Source of the DNA: an uncultured Planctomycetia bacterium
Lineage (GTDB): Bacteria > Omnitrophota > Gorgyraeia > Duberdicusellales > 4484-171
Length of the DNA stretch: 64,000 nt
NCBI GenBank assembly: GCA_964605645.1
Contig: CAZSDJ010000001.1
Coordinates: 20,079-84,078 of the forward strand
Direction: 5' to 3'
The translations under genes and the position numbers were made by a program. Shown here one piece after another: positions 10,063 to 18,603 of the stretch (position 1 is the stretch's first letter; the number at the start of each line of letters is the position of its first letter). Under the pieces are notes generated by a model, which worked only from the letters and a program-made list of their open reading frames with translations, made no database searches and was not told the DNA's origin.

Positions 10063-10803
10063 ATGAAATCTAAACAAAAAATTAAATTAGGCGTAAATAT
10101 TGACCACGTAGCAACTTTACGGCAAGCTCGTTTTACCAGTTATCCTGATCCCGCTACAGCTGCTTTGTTAGCCCAGAAAGCCGGCTCTGATTCAATAGTG
10201 GCTCATCTGCGCAAAGATCAAAGGCATATCCAAGAAAAAGACGTATTTTTAATAAAAGAATTGATAAAGGTTCCTTTTAATTTAGAGATGTCTGCGGCAG
10301 CAAGTATAGTAGCTGTTGCCGTAAGATTAAAACCGGATCAAGTTACTTTAGTCCCGGAAAACAGGGCGGAACTTACGACTGAAGGGGGGATAGATCTAAT
10401 TAAAAATCATAAAAAAGTTAAAAAAGCAGTTGATAAATTACGGGAAAAAGGTATTAAAATAAGTTTATTCATAGATCCAATCAAAAAACAAATAAAAGCT
10501 GCTAAAAATTTAGATGTTGAGATAATTGAAATAAACACTGGGCAATTTTCACAAAAACAATCAGATAAAAAAGTAAAAAAGGAGTTAGAAAGAATCAAAA
10601 AAGCAGCTATATTTGCCAAAGAAAATAACCTGTTTGTGGCGGCAGGTCATGGCCTCGATTATCAAAATATTAAAAAAATAAATAAAATAGCTGAAATTGA
10701 AGAATTTAACATCGGACATTCAATAATTTGTGAATCAATCTTTGTAGGCCTAGCTCCGGCAGTGAAAAAAATGATTAATTTAATTAGCAGGAGCAAGAAA
10801 TGA
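10063..10803 (+). CDS. pdxJ: pyridoxine 5'-phosphate synthase
   Basis: LGVNIDHVATLRQAR...YPDP and the later E..HGL motifs are typical of PdxJ. It is 246 aa. Confidence 0.9.
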   Translation: MKSKQKIKLGVNIDHVATLRQARFTSYPDPATAALLAQKAGSDSIVAHLRKDQRHIQEKDVFLIKELIKVPFNLEMSAAASIVAVAVRLKPDQVTLVPENRAELTTEGGIDLIKNHKKVKKAVDKLREKGIKISLFIDPIKKQIKAAKNLDVEIIEINTGQFSQKQSDKKVKKELERIKKAAIFAKENNLFVAAGHGLDYQNIKKINKIAEIEEFNIGHSIICESIFVGLAPAVKKMINLISRSKK

Positions 10804-11156
10804 TTTTAGGTATTGGGATAGATATGGTTGAAACTGACAAGGTTGAAAATGCTGTAAAAAGGTGGGGTGATAGTTTTCTGCAAAGAGTGTTTAATCCGGA
10901 AGAGGTGGAGAAAATCAACCCAGGGAAAATTTATTATCAAAGATTGGCAGCCAGATTTGCCGCCAAAGAAGCAGTGATAAAAGCTATTTCAAAAAGCATA
11001 CCTTTGAGTTTTCGGGATATTATAATTTTAAACAAAAATAACGGGGCGCCTTATTGTAATTTAAAAAAAAATAAGAATCTTGATGTTATTCTTTCTATAA
11101 CCCATATTAAAGATTACGCAGTTGCCTGTGCTGTAGCACAGAAAGCTTTAAAATAA
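10800..11156 (+). CDS. acpS: holo-[acyl-carrier-protein] synthase
   Basis: MILGIGIDMVE..., FAAKEAVIKA, 118 aa, with a 4-nt overlap with pdxJ. Confidence 0.9.
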   Translation: MILGIGIDMVETDKVENAVKRWGDSFLQRVFNPEEVEKINPGKIYYQRLAARFAAKEAVIKAISKSIPLSFRDIIILNKNNGAPYCNLKKNKNLDVILSITHIKDYAVACAVAQKALK

Positions 11157-11171
11157 TAACCCAGAGAAGAC

Positions 11172-11194
11172 CCTTGACATCAAAGATGTCAAGG
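11172..11194 (+). promoter_or_regulatory. perfect 10-bp inverted repeat CCTTGACATC-AAA-GATGTCAAGG (embeds TTGACA); operator or weak terminator downstream of acpS
   Basis: I verified the reverse complement of CCTTGACATC as GATGTCAAGG. A T-rich run (GTGTTTTTTCTGCTTTTCTC) follows about 20 nt downstream. Confidence 0.35.
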
Positions 11195-11257
11195 ATTTAA
11201 TTCGGCTAGGTGTTTTTTCTGCTTTTCTCTTGAAAAAACACAGCCTCATTAAAGATT

Positions 11258-12109
11258 ATGCAGTTGCCTGTGCGGTTGCTCAAAAGAGAAGTTAATACTC
11301 ATAAAGGAAGTTACGGATGTGTCCTTGTGGTAGGGGGGTCCCCGGGGCTAACCGGAGCGGTTTGCCTTTCTGCGAAAGCGGCATTAAAAATTGGTGCAGG
11401 GTTAGTTAAGGTAGCAGTATCTAAAAGTCTTAATTCGATATTTGAAATAAAGTTAACTGAAGAAATGAGCTTGCCTTTAGCCGATGAAGGAGGCCATTTA
11501 TCGGCTAAAGCTTTCACTACACTTAACAAGAATTTAGATAAAGTGAATGTGTTGGTAGTAGGGCCAGGTGCGGGGAGTAGTTTAGATACAAGGAATTTAA
11601 TTTTAAAGATAATTGAAAAGATAGATAAACCAATGGTGATAGATGCAGATGGATTAAACGCGCTTTCTACAAATTTAAAGATATTAAAAAAAAGGAATAA
11701 TAAAAATATTGTCTTAACCCCTCATCCCGGGGAATTTTCTCGTTTAGTAAAAAAAGATAGTGATCAAATTGATAAAAACAGAAAAGGGCTTGCCAAAGAG
11801 TTTGCTCTTAGATATAATCTTAACCTTGTTCTCAAAGGCCATCGGACTGTTATAACTGAGGGTAAAATGTTATTTGAAAATGATACGGGCAATCCAGCAA
11901 TGGCTACAGCAGGAGCCGGTGATGTATTAAGTGGAATGATAGCGGGATTGATAGCTCAAGGCGTAGGCGTCTATGAGGCTTCTCAGTTAGGGGTGTATCT
12001 TCACGGCTTATGTGGGGATTTGGCGGCCAGAGATAAAACTCAAAATTGCGTGATAGCTTCTGATTTAATTGATTATTTGCCGAAAGCTATGAAGAAAGCT
12101 AATAAATAA
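11258..12109 (+). CDS. nnrD: ADP-dependent (S)-NAD(P)H-hydrate dehydratase (YjeF C-terminal domain family)
   Basis: HKGSYGCVLVVGGSPGLTGAVCLSAKAALKIGAG, TPHPGEF and GAGDVLSGMIAGL match the carbohydrate-kinase-like NnrD family. The start region lies inside a duplicated acpS 3' fragment (see findings). Confidence 0.85.
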   Translation: MQLPVRLLKREVNTHKGSYGCVLVVGGSPGLTGAVCLSAKAALKIGAGLVKVAVSKSLNSIFEIKLTEEMSLPLADEGGHLSAKAFTTLNKNLDKVNVLVVGPGAGSSLDTRNLILKIIEKIDKPMVIDADGLNALSTNLKILKKRNNKNIVLTPHPGEFSRLVKKDSDQIDKNRKGLAKEFALRYNLNLVLKGHRTVITEGKMLFENDTGNPAMATAGAGDVLSGMIAGLIAQGVGVYEASQLGVYLHGLCGDLAARDKTQNCVIASDLIDYLPKAMKKANK

Positions 12110-12115
12110 AATTCT

Positions 12116-12192
12116 GCCGGCGTAGCTCAATCTGGCAGAGCACCTCACTTGTAATGAGGATGTTGGAGGTTCGATTCCTCTCGCCGGCTCCA
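12116..12192 (+). tRNA. tRNA-Thr (anticodon TGT), CCA encoded
   Basis: Manual cloverleaf: acceptor GCCGGCG/CGCCGGC, D-stem GCTC/GAGC, anticodon stem CCTCA/TGAGG with loop CTTGTAA, T-loop TTCGATT, discriminator T, then CCA. Confidence 0.85.
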
Positions 12193-12268
12193 AATAGCTT
12201 ATAGCTGATGGCAAGAAAAAATATATTTTATTCTTATTAGCCATTAGCAATTATCCATAAGCCAATAA

Positions 12269-12351
12269 GGGCAGGTTCCCGAGTGGCCAAAGGGGACAGA
12301 CTGTAAATCTGTTGCGCTTGCGCTTCGGAGGTTCGAATCCTCCCCTGCCCA
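12269..12351 (+). tRNA. tRNA-Tyr (anticodon GTA), type II with long variable arm
   Basis: Acceptor GGGCAGG/CCTGCCC, anticodon stem ACAGA/TCTGT with loop CTGTAAA, variable-arm hairpin GCGC-TT-GCGC, T-arm GGAGG-TTCGAAT-CCTCC. No CCA is encoded. Confidence 0.85.
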
Positions 12352-12376
12352 TTTTTTCTGTCAAAGGCAGAAAAAA
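12352..12376 (+). terminator. hairpin TTTTTTCTG-tcaaagg-CAGAAAAAA immediately after tRNA-Tyr
   Basis: Perfect 9-bp inverted repeat with a 7-nt loop. U-tracts on both sides make it a bidirectional terminator-like structure, possibly a processing structure. Confidence 0.4.
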
Positions 12377-12493
12377 TAGAGCAATTGAGCAATCGAAAAA
12401 TAGAACAATAGAAAAGCTCAATTGCGGTCTATTGTTCAAATGTTCTATTGTTCAGAGCGTTGAGATAGAGTTTCTTTTGTGTTAACAAGAATT

Positions 12494-12564
12494 GCGGGCG
12501 TAGTTCAATGGAAGAACACTAGCCTTCCAAGCTGGATATGGCGGTTCGATCCCGCTCGCCCGCT
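12494..12564 (+). tRNA. tRNA-Gly (anticodon TCC)
   Basis: Acceptor GCGGGCG/CGCCCGC, anticodon stem CTAGC/GCTGG (one G-U) with loop CTTCCAA, T-loop TTCGATC, discriminator T. Confidence 0.8.
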
Positions 12565-12578
12565 TATTTATTAAATCA

Positions 12579-13595
12579 ATGGCTAACTCAATGAAGAAAA
12601 ATATATCTATAATTGGCGCCGGTAGCTGGGGCACTACCCTAGCCGTTTATTTAGCTCAGAAAGGTGTTAATGTAAAACTTCACAGTGTGTTTGATCAGCA
12701 TAATGCGCAAATGAAAAGGGAAAGAGAGAATAAGACTTTCCTAAAAAACATAAAATTTCCTTCCTGTTTAGACATTGAATCTTCGCTAGAGCAGACATTG
12801 AACCAAGAAATCATTTTAATTGCTATCCCGGTTAAATTTATCAGAAAATATTTAAAAAAAATTGCTGCAAAGAATGTTAATTTTAAAAATAAGATATTTG
12901 TGAGTGCAAGCAAAGGGATTGAAGTAAAATCTTTAAAAAGAGTTTCTGAAATCATACAAGAAGAATTAGCAACAAATAATATTGCAGTTCTTTCCGGGCC
13001 GACTATTGCCAAAGAAGTTGTAAAGGGCATTCCAACTACTGCAATTATAGCTGCGTCTAAAAAACAAATAGGCCGAAAACTTCAAGAATTATTTAATAGC
13101 CAGACCTTTAGAGTTTATGTACACGATGATATTGTTGGGGTTGAATTGGGTGGTTCTTTAAAAAATATTATTGCTTTAGCTTGTGGCATTTCTGATGGAT
13201 TGGGTTTTGGCACAAATACTAAAGCTGCTTTAGTTACCAGGGGTTTGGTGGAAATTGTGCGAGTTGGGAAGAAGTTAGGTTCAAAACCTAAAACTTTTTG
13301 GGGCATTAGCGGTTTAGGAGATTTAATGACTACTTGTTTTTCACCTCATTCACGTAACAGGACAGTTGGTGAATTATTGGGAAAAGGCAAGAAACTTAAA
13401 AATATTATAAAAGATATGGATATGATTGCCGAAGGCGTTGAAACTGTAAAATCTGCTTATAAACTCAGTAAAAAATTAGAGATAAGCATGCCAATAACCG
13501 AACAAATATATGCTATATTGTATAAGAATAAATTAACATATCGAGCGGTTATTGATTTAATGAACCGTCCCTTAAAAAAAGAAAAAATAAATTAA
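12579..13595 (+). CDS. gpsA: NAD(P)H-dependent glycerol-3-phosphate dehydrogenase
   Basis: ISIIGAGSWGTTLAVYLAQKG is a Rossmann motif, with GpsA central and C-terminal motifs (GVELGGSLKNIIALACGISDGLG). The second ATG at 12591 is an alternative start. Confidence 0.9.
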   Translation: MANSMKKNISIIGAGSWGTTLAVYLAQKGVNVKLHSVFDQHNAQMKRERENKTFLKNIKFPSCLDIESSLEQTLNQEIILIAIPVKFIRKYLKKIAAKNVNFKNKIFVSASKGIEVKSLKRVSEIIQEELATNNIAVLSGPTIAKEVVKGIPTTAIIAASKKQIGRKLQELFNSQTFRVYVHDDIVGVELGGSLKNIIALACGISDGLGFGTNTKAALVTRGLVEIVRVGKKLGSKPKTFWGISGLGDLMTTCFSPHSRNRTVGELLGKGKKLKNIIKDMDMIAEGVETVKSAYKLSKKLEISMPITEQIYAILYKNKLTYRAVIDLMNRPLKKEKIN

Positions 13596-13608
13596 ACAAA
13601 AAGATTAA

Positions 13609-14109
13609 ATGAAAAAGAAAAATAAAGTAATAACCATTATTCTGTTTATTTTATTATTAGGGGTCGTTTTATGTATTTCTAATAAAGATTTTATTGAACA
13701 AAAAATAAATTTATTTTTTGGAGAAGAGATTGAGGTTTTGGGATCCAAGTTTGGAACAGTTACTGGTTATCGAGGCAATGTTCCAAAGCTAGAAGAAACT
13801 GGCACGATTATATTAGAAAATAATGTTCACTTTGGCTGGGTTATTGCAACCAAAACGATAGATAAAAATATAGCTTGGAAAGAAGTTATTATCTTTCCAG
13901 AGAGGCCTAAAGATTTAATTGTTACCGTAGCTACAAAAGTGAGTGAAGATGGTAAAAAAGCAATTACCGAAAAGTCTTCAAACTTAAAAGATGGGCTTTT
14001 GTATAATTCATGGGCCTTAACTGAAAGCGATCCTCTCGGGGAGTATAAAATAAAAGTTTATGGGGAAGAAAAACTGCTTCAAGAATTTAAATTCAAAGTA
14101 AAAAAATAA
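13609..14109 (+). CDS. hypothetical exported/membrane-anchored protein
   Basis: N-terminal KKKNK followed by a hydrophobic helix (ITIILFILLLGVVLC). No recognisable catalytic motifs. Coding-like composition, 166 aa. Confidence 0.5.
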   Translation: MKKKNKVITIILFILLLGVVLCISNKDFIEQKINLFFGEEIEVLGSKFGTVTGYRGNVPKLEETGTIILENNVHFGWVIATKTIDKNIAWKEVIIFPERPKDLIVTVATKVSEDGKKAITEKSSNLKDGLLYNSWALTESDPLGEYKIKVYGEEKLLQEFKFKVKK

Positions 14110-14176
14110 GAATAAATTTATTTGATCTAGGTAATTGTTTTGTCTTGATAGCTGTCAGTAAGCATGATAAAATTTT

Positions 14177-14252
14177 CGGGAGGTGGCGCAGTTTGGCTTA
14201 GCGCACTTGCATGGGGTGCAAGGGGTCGCGGGTTCGAATCCCGCTCTCCCGA
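14177..14252 (+). tRNA. tRNA-Pro (anticodon GGG)
   Basis: Acceptor CGGGAGG/TCTCCCG (one G-U), D-stem GCGC/GCGC, anticodon stem CTTGC/GCAAG with loop ATGGGGT, T-arm GCGGG-TTCGAAT-CCCGC, discriminator A. Confidence 0.8.
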
Positions 14253-14282
14253 GTAACACAGGAATAATTTTAGGAGGTTGAT

Positions 14283-14636
14283 ATGAAAGAATATAACGGT
14301 CCGGAAAGAAGAAAATATCATCGCTTGAACGCTAGCTTTATTGTCAGTTATCGAGTTAAAGAACCCCCTTCTGATTTTGACCTTAGCCAAACTAAGGACG
14401 TAAGCCAGGGAGGGCTGTTACTTACTACCAATAAAAAATTTGCGCAAGGAACAGTTTTGATTATGACTATTCGTTTTCCTTTTGTTGCTGAGAAACTAAA
14501 ACTTGATGGCCAGGTAGTGAGTTCACAAGAAAAAGTAAAAAATTTAATTTATGAAACACATATTAAATTTAAAGATTCAGATGAGGCTTTTTTAAAAAGA
14601 ATAGGGGAATTTATTAAAAAAGAGATGAAAAAATGA
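14283..14636 (+). CDS. PilZ domain protein (putative c-di-GMP receptor)
   Basis: ERRKYHR (RxxxR) followed about 30 aa later by DVSQGG (D-x-S-x-G-G) are the bipartite PilZ c-di-GMP binding motifs. Stand-alone, 117 aa. Confidence 0.7.
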   Translation: MKEYNGPERRKYHRLNASFIVSYRVKEPPSDFDLSQTKDVSQGGLLLTTNKKFAQGTVLIMTIRFPFVAEKLKLDGQVVSSQEKVKNLIYETHIKFKDSDEAFLKRIGEFIKKEMKK

Positions 14637-15901
14637 TTACAAAAGTTGGTTTAATTGGATTAGGTACAGTTGGGCAAGGAGTGTTACAGACATTAAAGAA
14701 AAATTCTTCTTTAATTACCAGGCGGACTTCTTTGAATATTGAAATTAAAAAAGTTTGCGACATAAATCGAGCTAAAAGTAAAATTGCAAAAACTTTTTCT
14801 TTGCCTTTTATAACTGACCCTTATCAGATTATTAATGATCCTGAGATTGATATAGTGATAGAGCTAATTGGGGGGATAGAACCCGCTGGTACTTTTGTTA
14901 AAGATTCTTTGAAAAATAAAAAAAGTGTAGTTACTGCCAATAAGGCTCTTTTAGCTAAAAACGGTAAAGCTATTTTTAAATTAGCAGCTAAAGAAGGAAC
15001 ATCTGTTGGTTTTGAAGCTTCTGTTTGCGGGGCTATCCCGATTATAAAAAGTGTATCAGAAGGATTAATTGGCTGTGAAGTTGATCAGATTTTTGGAATC
15101 TTAAATGGAACGGCAAATTATATTCTTTACAAAATGGAAAAAGAAAATATAAGCTTTCAAAAAGCGCTTAGTCAAGCTCAAGAAAGAGGCCTGGCGGAAC
15201 AAGACCCTTCTTTTGATATAGAGGGGGGAGATACACTGCATAAGCTTTGTATCTTAAGTTATCTTTGTTATGGAATTTGGCCGCGTCTGCAAAAAGTATA
15301 TACGGAAGGAATAACTAAGATATCTTTATTAGATATATCATATGCGAAAGATTTAAAATATCGCATAAAATTATTAGCGATTGCAAAACGCAATAAAAAT
15401 TCATTGGAATTAAGAGTTCATCCAGCTTTAATCCCTATAAATCATCCTTTATCAGGTGTTTCTTTAGCTTATAATGCAGTAACTTTGAATACTCATCCGG
15501 CTGGAGAATTGCTTTTTTTTGGAGAAGGCGCCGGCGGCATACCCACATCTTCTTCAGTTGTGTCGGACATAGTGACTATTGCATCAGGTAACAAGGGTTT
15601 TGCCCGCAAGCAAGAAGAGTTGACAATAGTAGATATTAAAGAAGTTAGAAATCAATATTACCTAAGATGCATGGTTCAAGACCGGCCGGGAGTATTAGCT
15701 AAAATTACTAAAATTCTTTCATCTTTAGATATCAGCATATCTTCTGTAAACCAAAAAGGGCGTAGTAAAGGCAAGTTTGTCCCCTTAATTATGATTACCC
15801 ATGAAGCAGAAGAAGCTAAGATGAAGAAAGCGATGACAAGAATCGATAAACTATCAACAGTTAAAAGCCCTTCTCAATTAATCAGAATTGAAAAAATTTA
15901 A
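14633..15901 (+). CDS. hom: homoserine dehydrogenase (with C-terminal ACT domain)
   Basis: N-terminal GLIGLGTVGQGV is the NAD-binding motif. A catalytic domain is followed by a C-terminal ACT-like segment (RCMVQDRPGVLAKITKILS). thrC is immediately downstream. Confidence 0.9.
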   Translation: MITKVGLIGLGTVGQGVLQTLKKNSSLITRRTSLNIEIKKVCDINRAKSKIAKTFSLPFITDPYQIINDPEIDIVIELIGGIEPAGTFVKDSLKNKKSVVTANKALLAKNGKAIFKLAAKEGTSVGFEASVCGAIPIIKSVSEGLIGCEVDQIFGILNGTANYILYKMEKENISFQKALSQAQERGLAEQDPSFDIEGGDTLHKLCILSYLCYGIWPRLQKVYTEGITKISLLDISYAKDLKYRIKLLAIAKRNKNSLELRVHPALIPINHPLSGVSLAYNAVTLNTHPAGELLFFGEGAGGIPTSSSVVSDIVTIASGNKGFARKQEELTIVDIKEVRNQYYLRCMVQDRPGVLAKITKILSSLDISISSVNQKGRSKGKFVPLIMITHEAEEAKMKKAMTRIDKLSTVKSPSQLIRIEKI

Positions 15902-15912
15902 TAGTTGTTATA

Positions 15913-17001
15913 ATGATTTTAAATAATAAAACTAGCTATAAAGGGGTAATTGAAAGGTATAGAGAATTCTTACCAGTTACCAAAAAGACACCCCGGGTAA
16001 CTTTATTAGAAGGAAATACTCCTTTAATTTTTTCGCCGAATCTTTCGAAAAGATTAGGCAAAAGATTTGAGGTTTATCTTAAATATGAGGGGCTTAATCC
16101 CACCGGTTCTTTTAAGGACAGGGGGATGACGATGGCAATAGCCAAGGCAGTTGAAAAAAAAATGAAAGCAGTAATTTGTGCTTCAACGGGGAATACTTCT
16201 GCATCAGCTGCTGCTTATTCAGCTCGAGCCGGGATCAAATGTGTAGTCGTAATCCCGGAAGGGGCTATTGCTTTAGGCAAGTTAGCGCAAGCTTTAATTC
16301 ATAATGCGAAAGTAATCGCTATTCGTGGTAATTTTGATACGGCCTTAGATATCGTCAAGGAAATATCTGCTAATTATCCAGTTACTTTGGTTAATTCTAT
16401 AAATCCGTACCGGATTGAAGGCCAAAAAACTGCTTCTTTTGAGATTTGTGATTACCTGGGTTTTAGTCCTAATTTCCATATCCTTCCTGTAGGTAATGCC
16501 GGAAATATTACTGCTTACTGGAAAGGGTACAAAGAATATTATTCTCAAGAAAAGATCTTATCTCTTCCCCAAATGTTAGGTTTTCAGGCCAAAGGAGCTT
16601 CCCCAATTGTAAAGGGGAAACCATTTAAAAATCCAGAAACTTTAGCTACAGCAATAAGGATTGGAAACCCGGCTAGCTGGCAAAAAGCGATAGAAGCAAA
16701 ACAGGAATCAAAAGGGTTGATAGATTCTGTAACCGATAAGCAAATTATTGCCGCTTATAAAATATTAGCTAAAGAAGAAGGGGTGTTTGCTGAACCTGCT
16801 TCAGCGGCATCTATCGCCGGACTAATAAAATTAGCCAAAAAAGGATATTTTAAAAAAGTTAAAGGAAAAAGAATTGTTATTACTTGTACCTTAACCGGCC
16901 ACGGATTGAAAGATCCGCAAATAGCTATCAAAAATATTAAACGTCCGCCAGTTATCAAGCCTCAACTAAAAGAAGTTTTAAAAATTTCTGGAATTATTTA
17001 A
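15913..17001 (+). CDS. thrC: threonine synthase
   Basis: PLP-lysine motif GLNPTGSFKDRGMTMA, ASTGNTSASAAAYSA, in hom-thrC order. Confidence 0.9.
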   Translation: MILNNKTSYKGVIERYREFLPVTKKTPRVTLLEGNTPLIFSPNLSKRLGKRFEVYLKYEGLNPTGSFKDRGMTMAIAKAVEKKMKAVICASTGNTSASAAAYSARAGIKCVVVIPEGAIALGKLAQALIHNAKVIAIRGNFDTALDIVKEISANYPVTLVNSINPYRIEGQKTASFEICDYLGFSPNFHILPVGNAGNITAYWKGYKEYYSQEKILSLPQMLGFQAKGASPIVKGKPFKNPETLATAIRIGNPASWQKAIEAKQESKGLIDSVTDKQIIAAYKILAKEEGVFAEPASAASIAGLIKLAKKGYFKKVKGKRIVITCTLTGHGLKDPQIAIKNIKRPPVIKPQLKEVLKISGII

Positions 17002-17002
17002 G

Positions 17003-18598
17003 ATGAAAAATTTTTACGATCAGGTTACTTCCTTGCTCCAGGCTATAGTTGATAAAAATTATAATTTAAGTTTTGATTATCCCCTTTGGGAGTCACCAAC
17101 TCGGCAAAAGTTTGGCGATTTATCCACGGCTGTTTCTTTAAAGGTTGCTTCTCAATTAGGCAGGAATCCTTTTGTAATTGCCCAGGAAATTAAAGAAAAT
17201 TTATCGAAAAAAATTGATAAGAAAGTAGAAAAAATCGAAATAATCAAACCCGGTTTTATAAATTTATTTTTTTCAAAAGATTTTTTAATTAAAGCATTAG
17301 AGGAAATTCTCCAAAACAAAAAAAAATATTTTCAAGGTGATAATCACAAAAAAGTATTAATTGAATTTGTAAGTGCTAATCCGACCGGCCCTCTTTCTAT
17401 TGCGCATGGCCGGCAGGCTGTGGTTGGAGATGTAGTCGCTAATCTTTTAGAAGTCCAGGGTGATCAGGTAACCAGAGAGTACTATTTAAATGATGCAGGC
17501 AGGCAGATTGATCTGTTAGTTGCATCTGTCAAAGAACGGATAAAAGAGATGGAGGGTAAAGATTATCAGCTGCCAGAAGGGGGGTATCAGGGTGAATACA
17601 TAAAGGATATAGCTTCAGCCTATTTAAAAAAAGGACAAAAAGATGATATTTATGATTTTTGTCTTAAGTTTATTCAATCTTGGATTGAAACAGATCTTAA
17701 TAAATTAGATATACATTTTGACAATTGGTTTAGCCAGAAAAAATTGATTGAGGGCCAAAAGGTTGAAGAAGTGATTGAAATTTTAAAAGAAAAAGGTTTT
17801 ATTTATGAAAAAGAAGGAGCTTTGTGGTTTAAGTCGACTCAATTTTTTGATGATAAAGATCGAATAATCAAAAAATCTGACGGAAGCCTTACTTATTTTG
17901 CTTCAGATATTGCTTATCATTACAATAAGTGCAAGCGTGGCTATGATAGGCTTATAAATTTATGGGGGCCTGACCATCACGGTTATATAGCCAGAATTAA
18001 ATCAGTGATTAAATCTTTAGGATATAAAAAGGATGATTTACTTACTATTATTATTATTCAATTGGTAACATTAAAATCAAAGCAAAGAATGTCAAAACGG
18101 GCGGGGACTTTAATTTGTTTTTCAGAGTTGATTAATGAGGTAGGAGAAGATGCTGCCCGCTTTTATTATTTAACCCGTAAAAATTCATCTCATCTTGATT
18201 TTAATATTGATTTAGCGAAAAAATCTTCTTTTGATAACCCTTTATATTATATTCATTATGTTTGTGCTCGGATCGAAAGCATTTTTAAAAAAGCAAATAA
18301 AACGTCCGATAAGAAATTTAGTAAGTACTTAGAAGAATCGGAAGAATTAAATATAGTTCGTTTTCTTTTGCAATTTTCTTTATGTTTACAAAAATCATAC
18401 TTTACGCTTGAGCCGGTATTTATTATTGAATATCTAAGAGAATTAGCTTCAACTTTTCATAAATTCTATGAAAAAGTAAGAGTTTTAGGTGATGATCCTA
18501 AAAAAACAACGGCAAGGTTAAATATTTTGGAAGCCACCAAAGAAGTATTTCATTTCGGACTTGATATTTTAGGCATTAAACCAATTGACCAGATGTAA
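17003..18598 (+). CDS. argS: arginine--tRNA ligase
   Basis: FVSANPTGPLSIAHGR is the class I HIGH-region equivalent. QRMSKR is KMSK-like. A C-terminal DALR anticodon-binding region is present. 531 aa. Confidence 0.95.
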   Translation: MKNFYDQVTSLLQAIVDKNYNLSFDYPLWESPTRQKFGDLSTAVSLKVASQLGRNPFVIAQEIKENLSKKIDKKVEKIEIIKPGFINLFFSKDFLIKALEEILQNKKKYFQGDNHKKVLIEFVSANPTGPLSIAHGRQAVVGDVVANLLEVQGDQVTREYYLNDAGRQIDLLVASVKERIKEMEGKDYQLPEGGYQGEYIKDIASAYLKKGQKDDIYDFCLKFIQSWIETDLNKLDIHFDNWFSQKKLIEGQKVEEVIEILKEKGFIYEKEGALWFKSTQFFDDKDRIIKKSDGSLTYFASDIAYHYNKCKRGYDRLINLWGPDHHGYIARIKSVIKSLGYKKDDLLTIIIIQLVTLKSKQRMSKRAGTLICFSELINEVGEDAARFYYLTRKNSSHLDFNIDLAKKSSFDNPLYYIHYVCARIESIFKKANKTSDKKFSKYLEESEELNIVRFLLQFSLCLQKSYFTLEPVFIIEYLRELASTFHKFYEKVRVLGDDPKKTTARLNILEATKEVFHFGLDILGIKPIDQM

Positions 18599-18603
18599 AA
18601 ACT

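Noticed and set aside
12065-12439. Minus-strand ORFs 12065-12250 (61 aa) and 12251-12439 (62 aa) in the ORF track
   Set aside because: They are antisense read-throughs of tRNA-Thr and tRNA-Tyr and their structured spacers. The Pro/Arg/Gly-rich translations are typical of the reverse complement of tRNA genes.
14145-14173. Apparent TTGATA-17-TAAAAT promoter directly upstream of tRNA-Pro
   Set aside because: The -10 ends only 3 nt before the mature tRNA 5' end, so the predicted TSS would fall inside the tRNA. This is probably a chance match.
14127-14390. Minus-strand 87-aa ORF overlapping tRNA-Pro and the PilZ gene start
   Set aside because: It is antisense to a well-folded tRNA-Pro and to a strongly supported PilZ CDS. 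It has no RBS.
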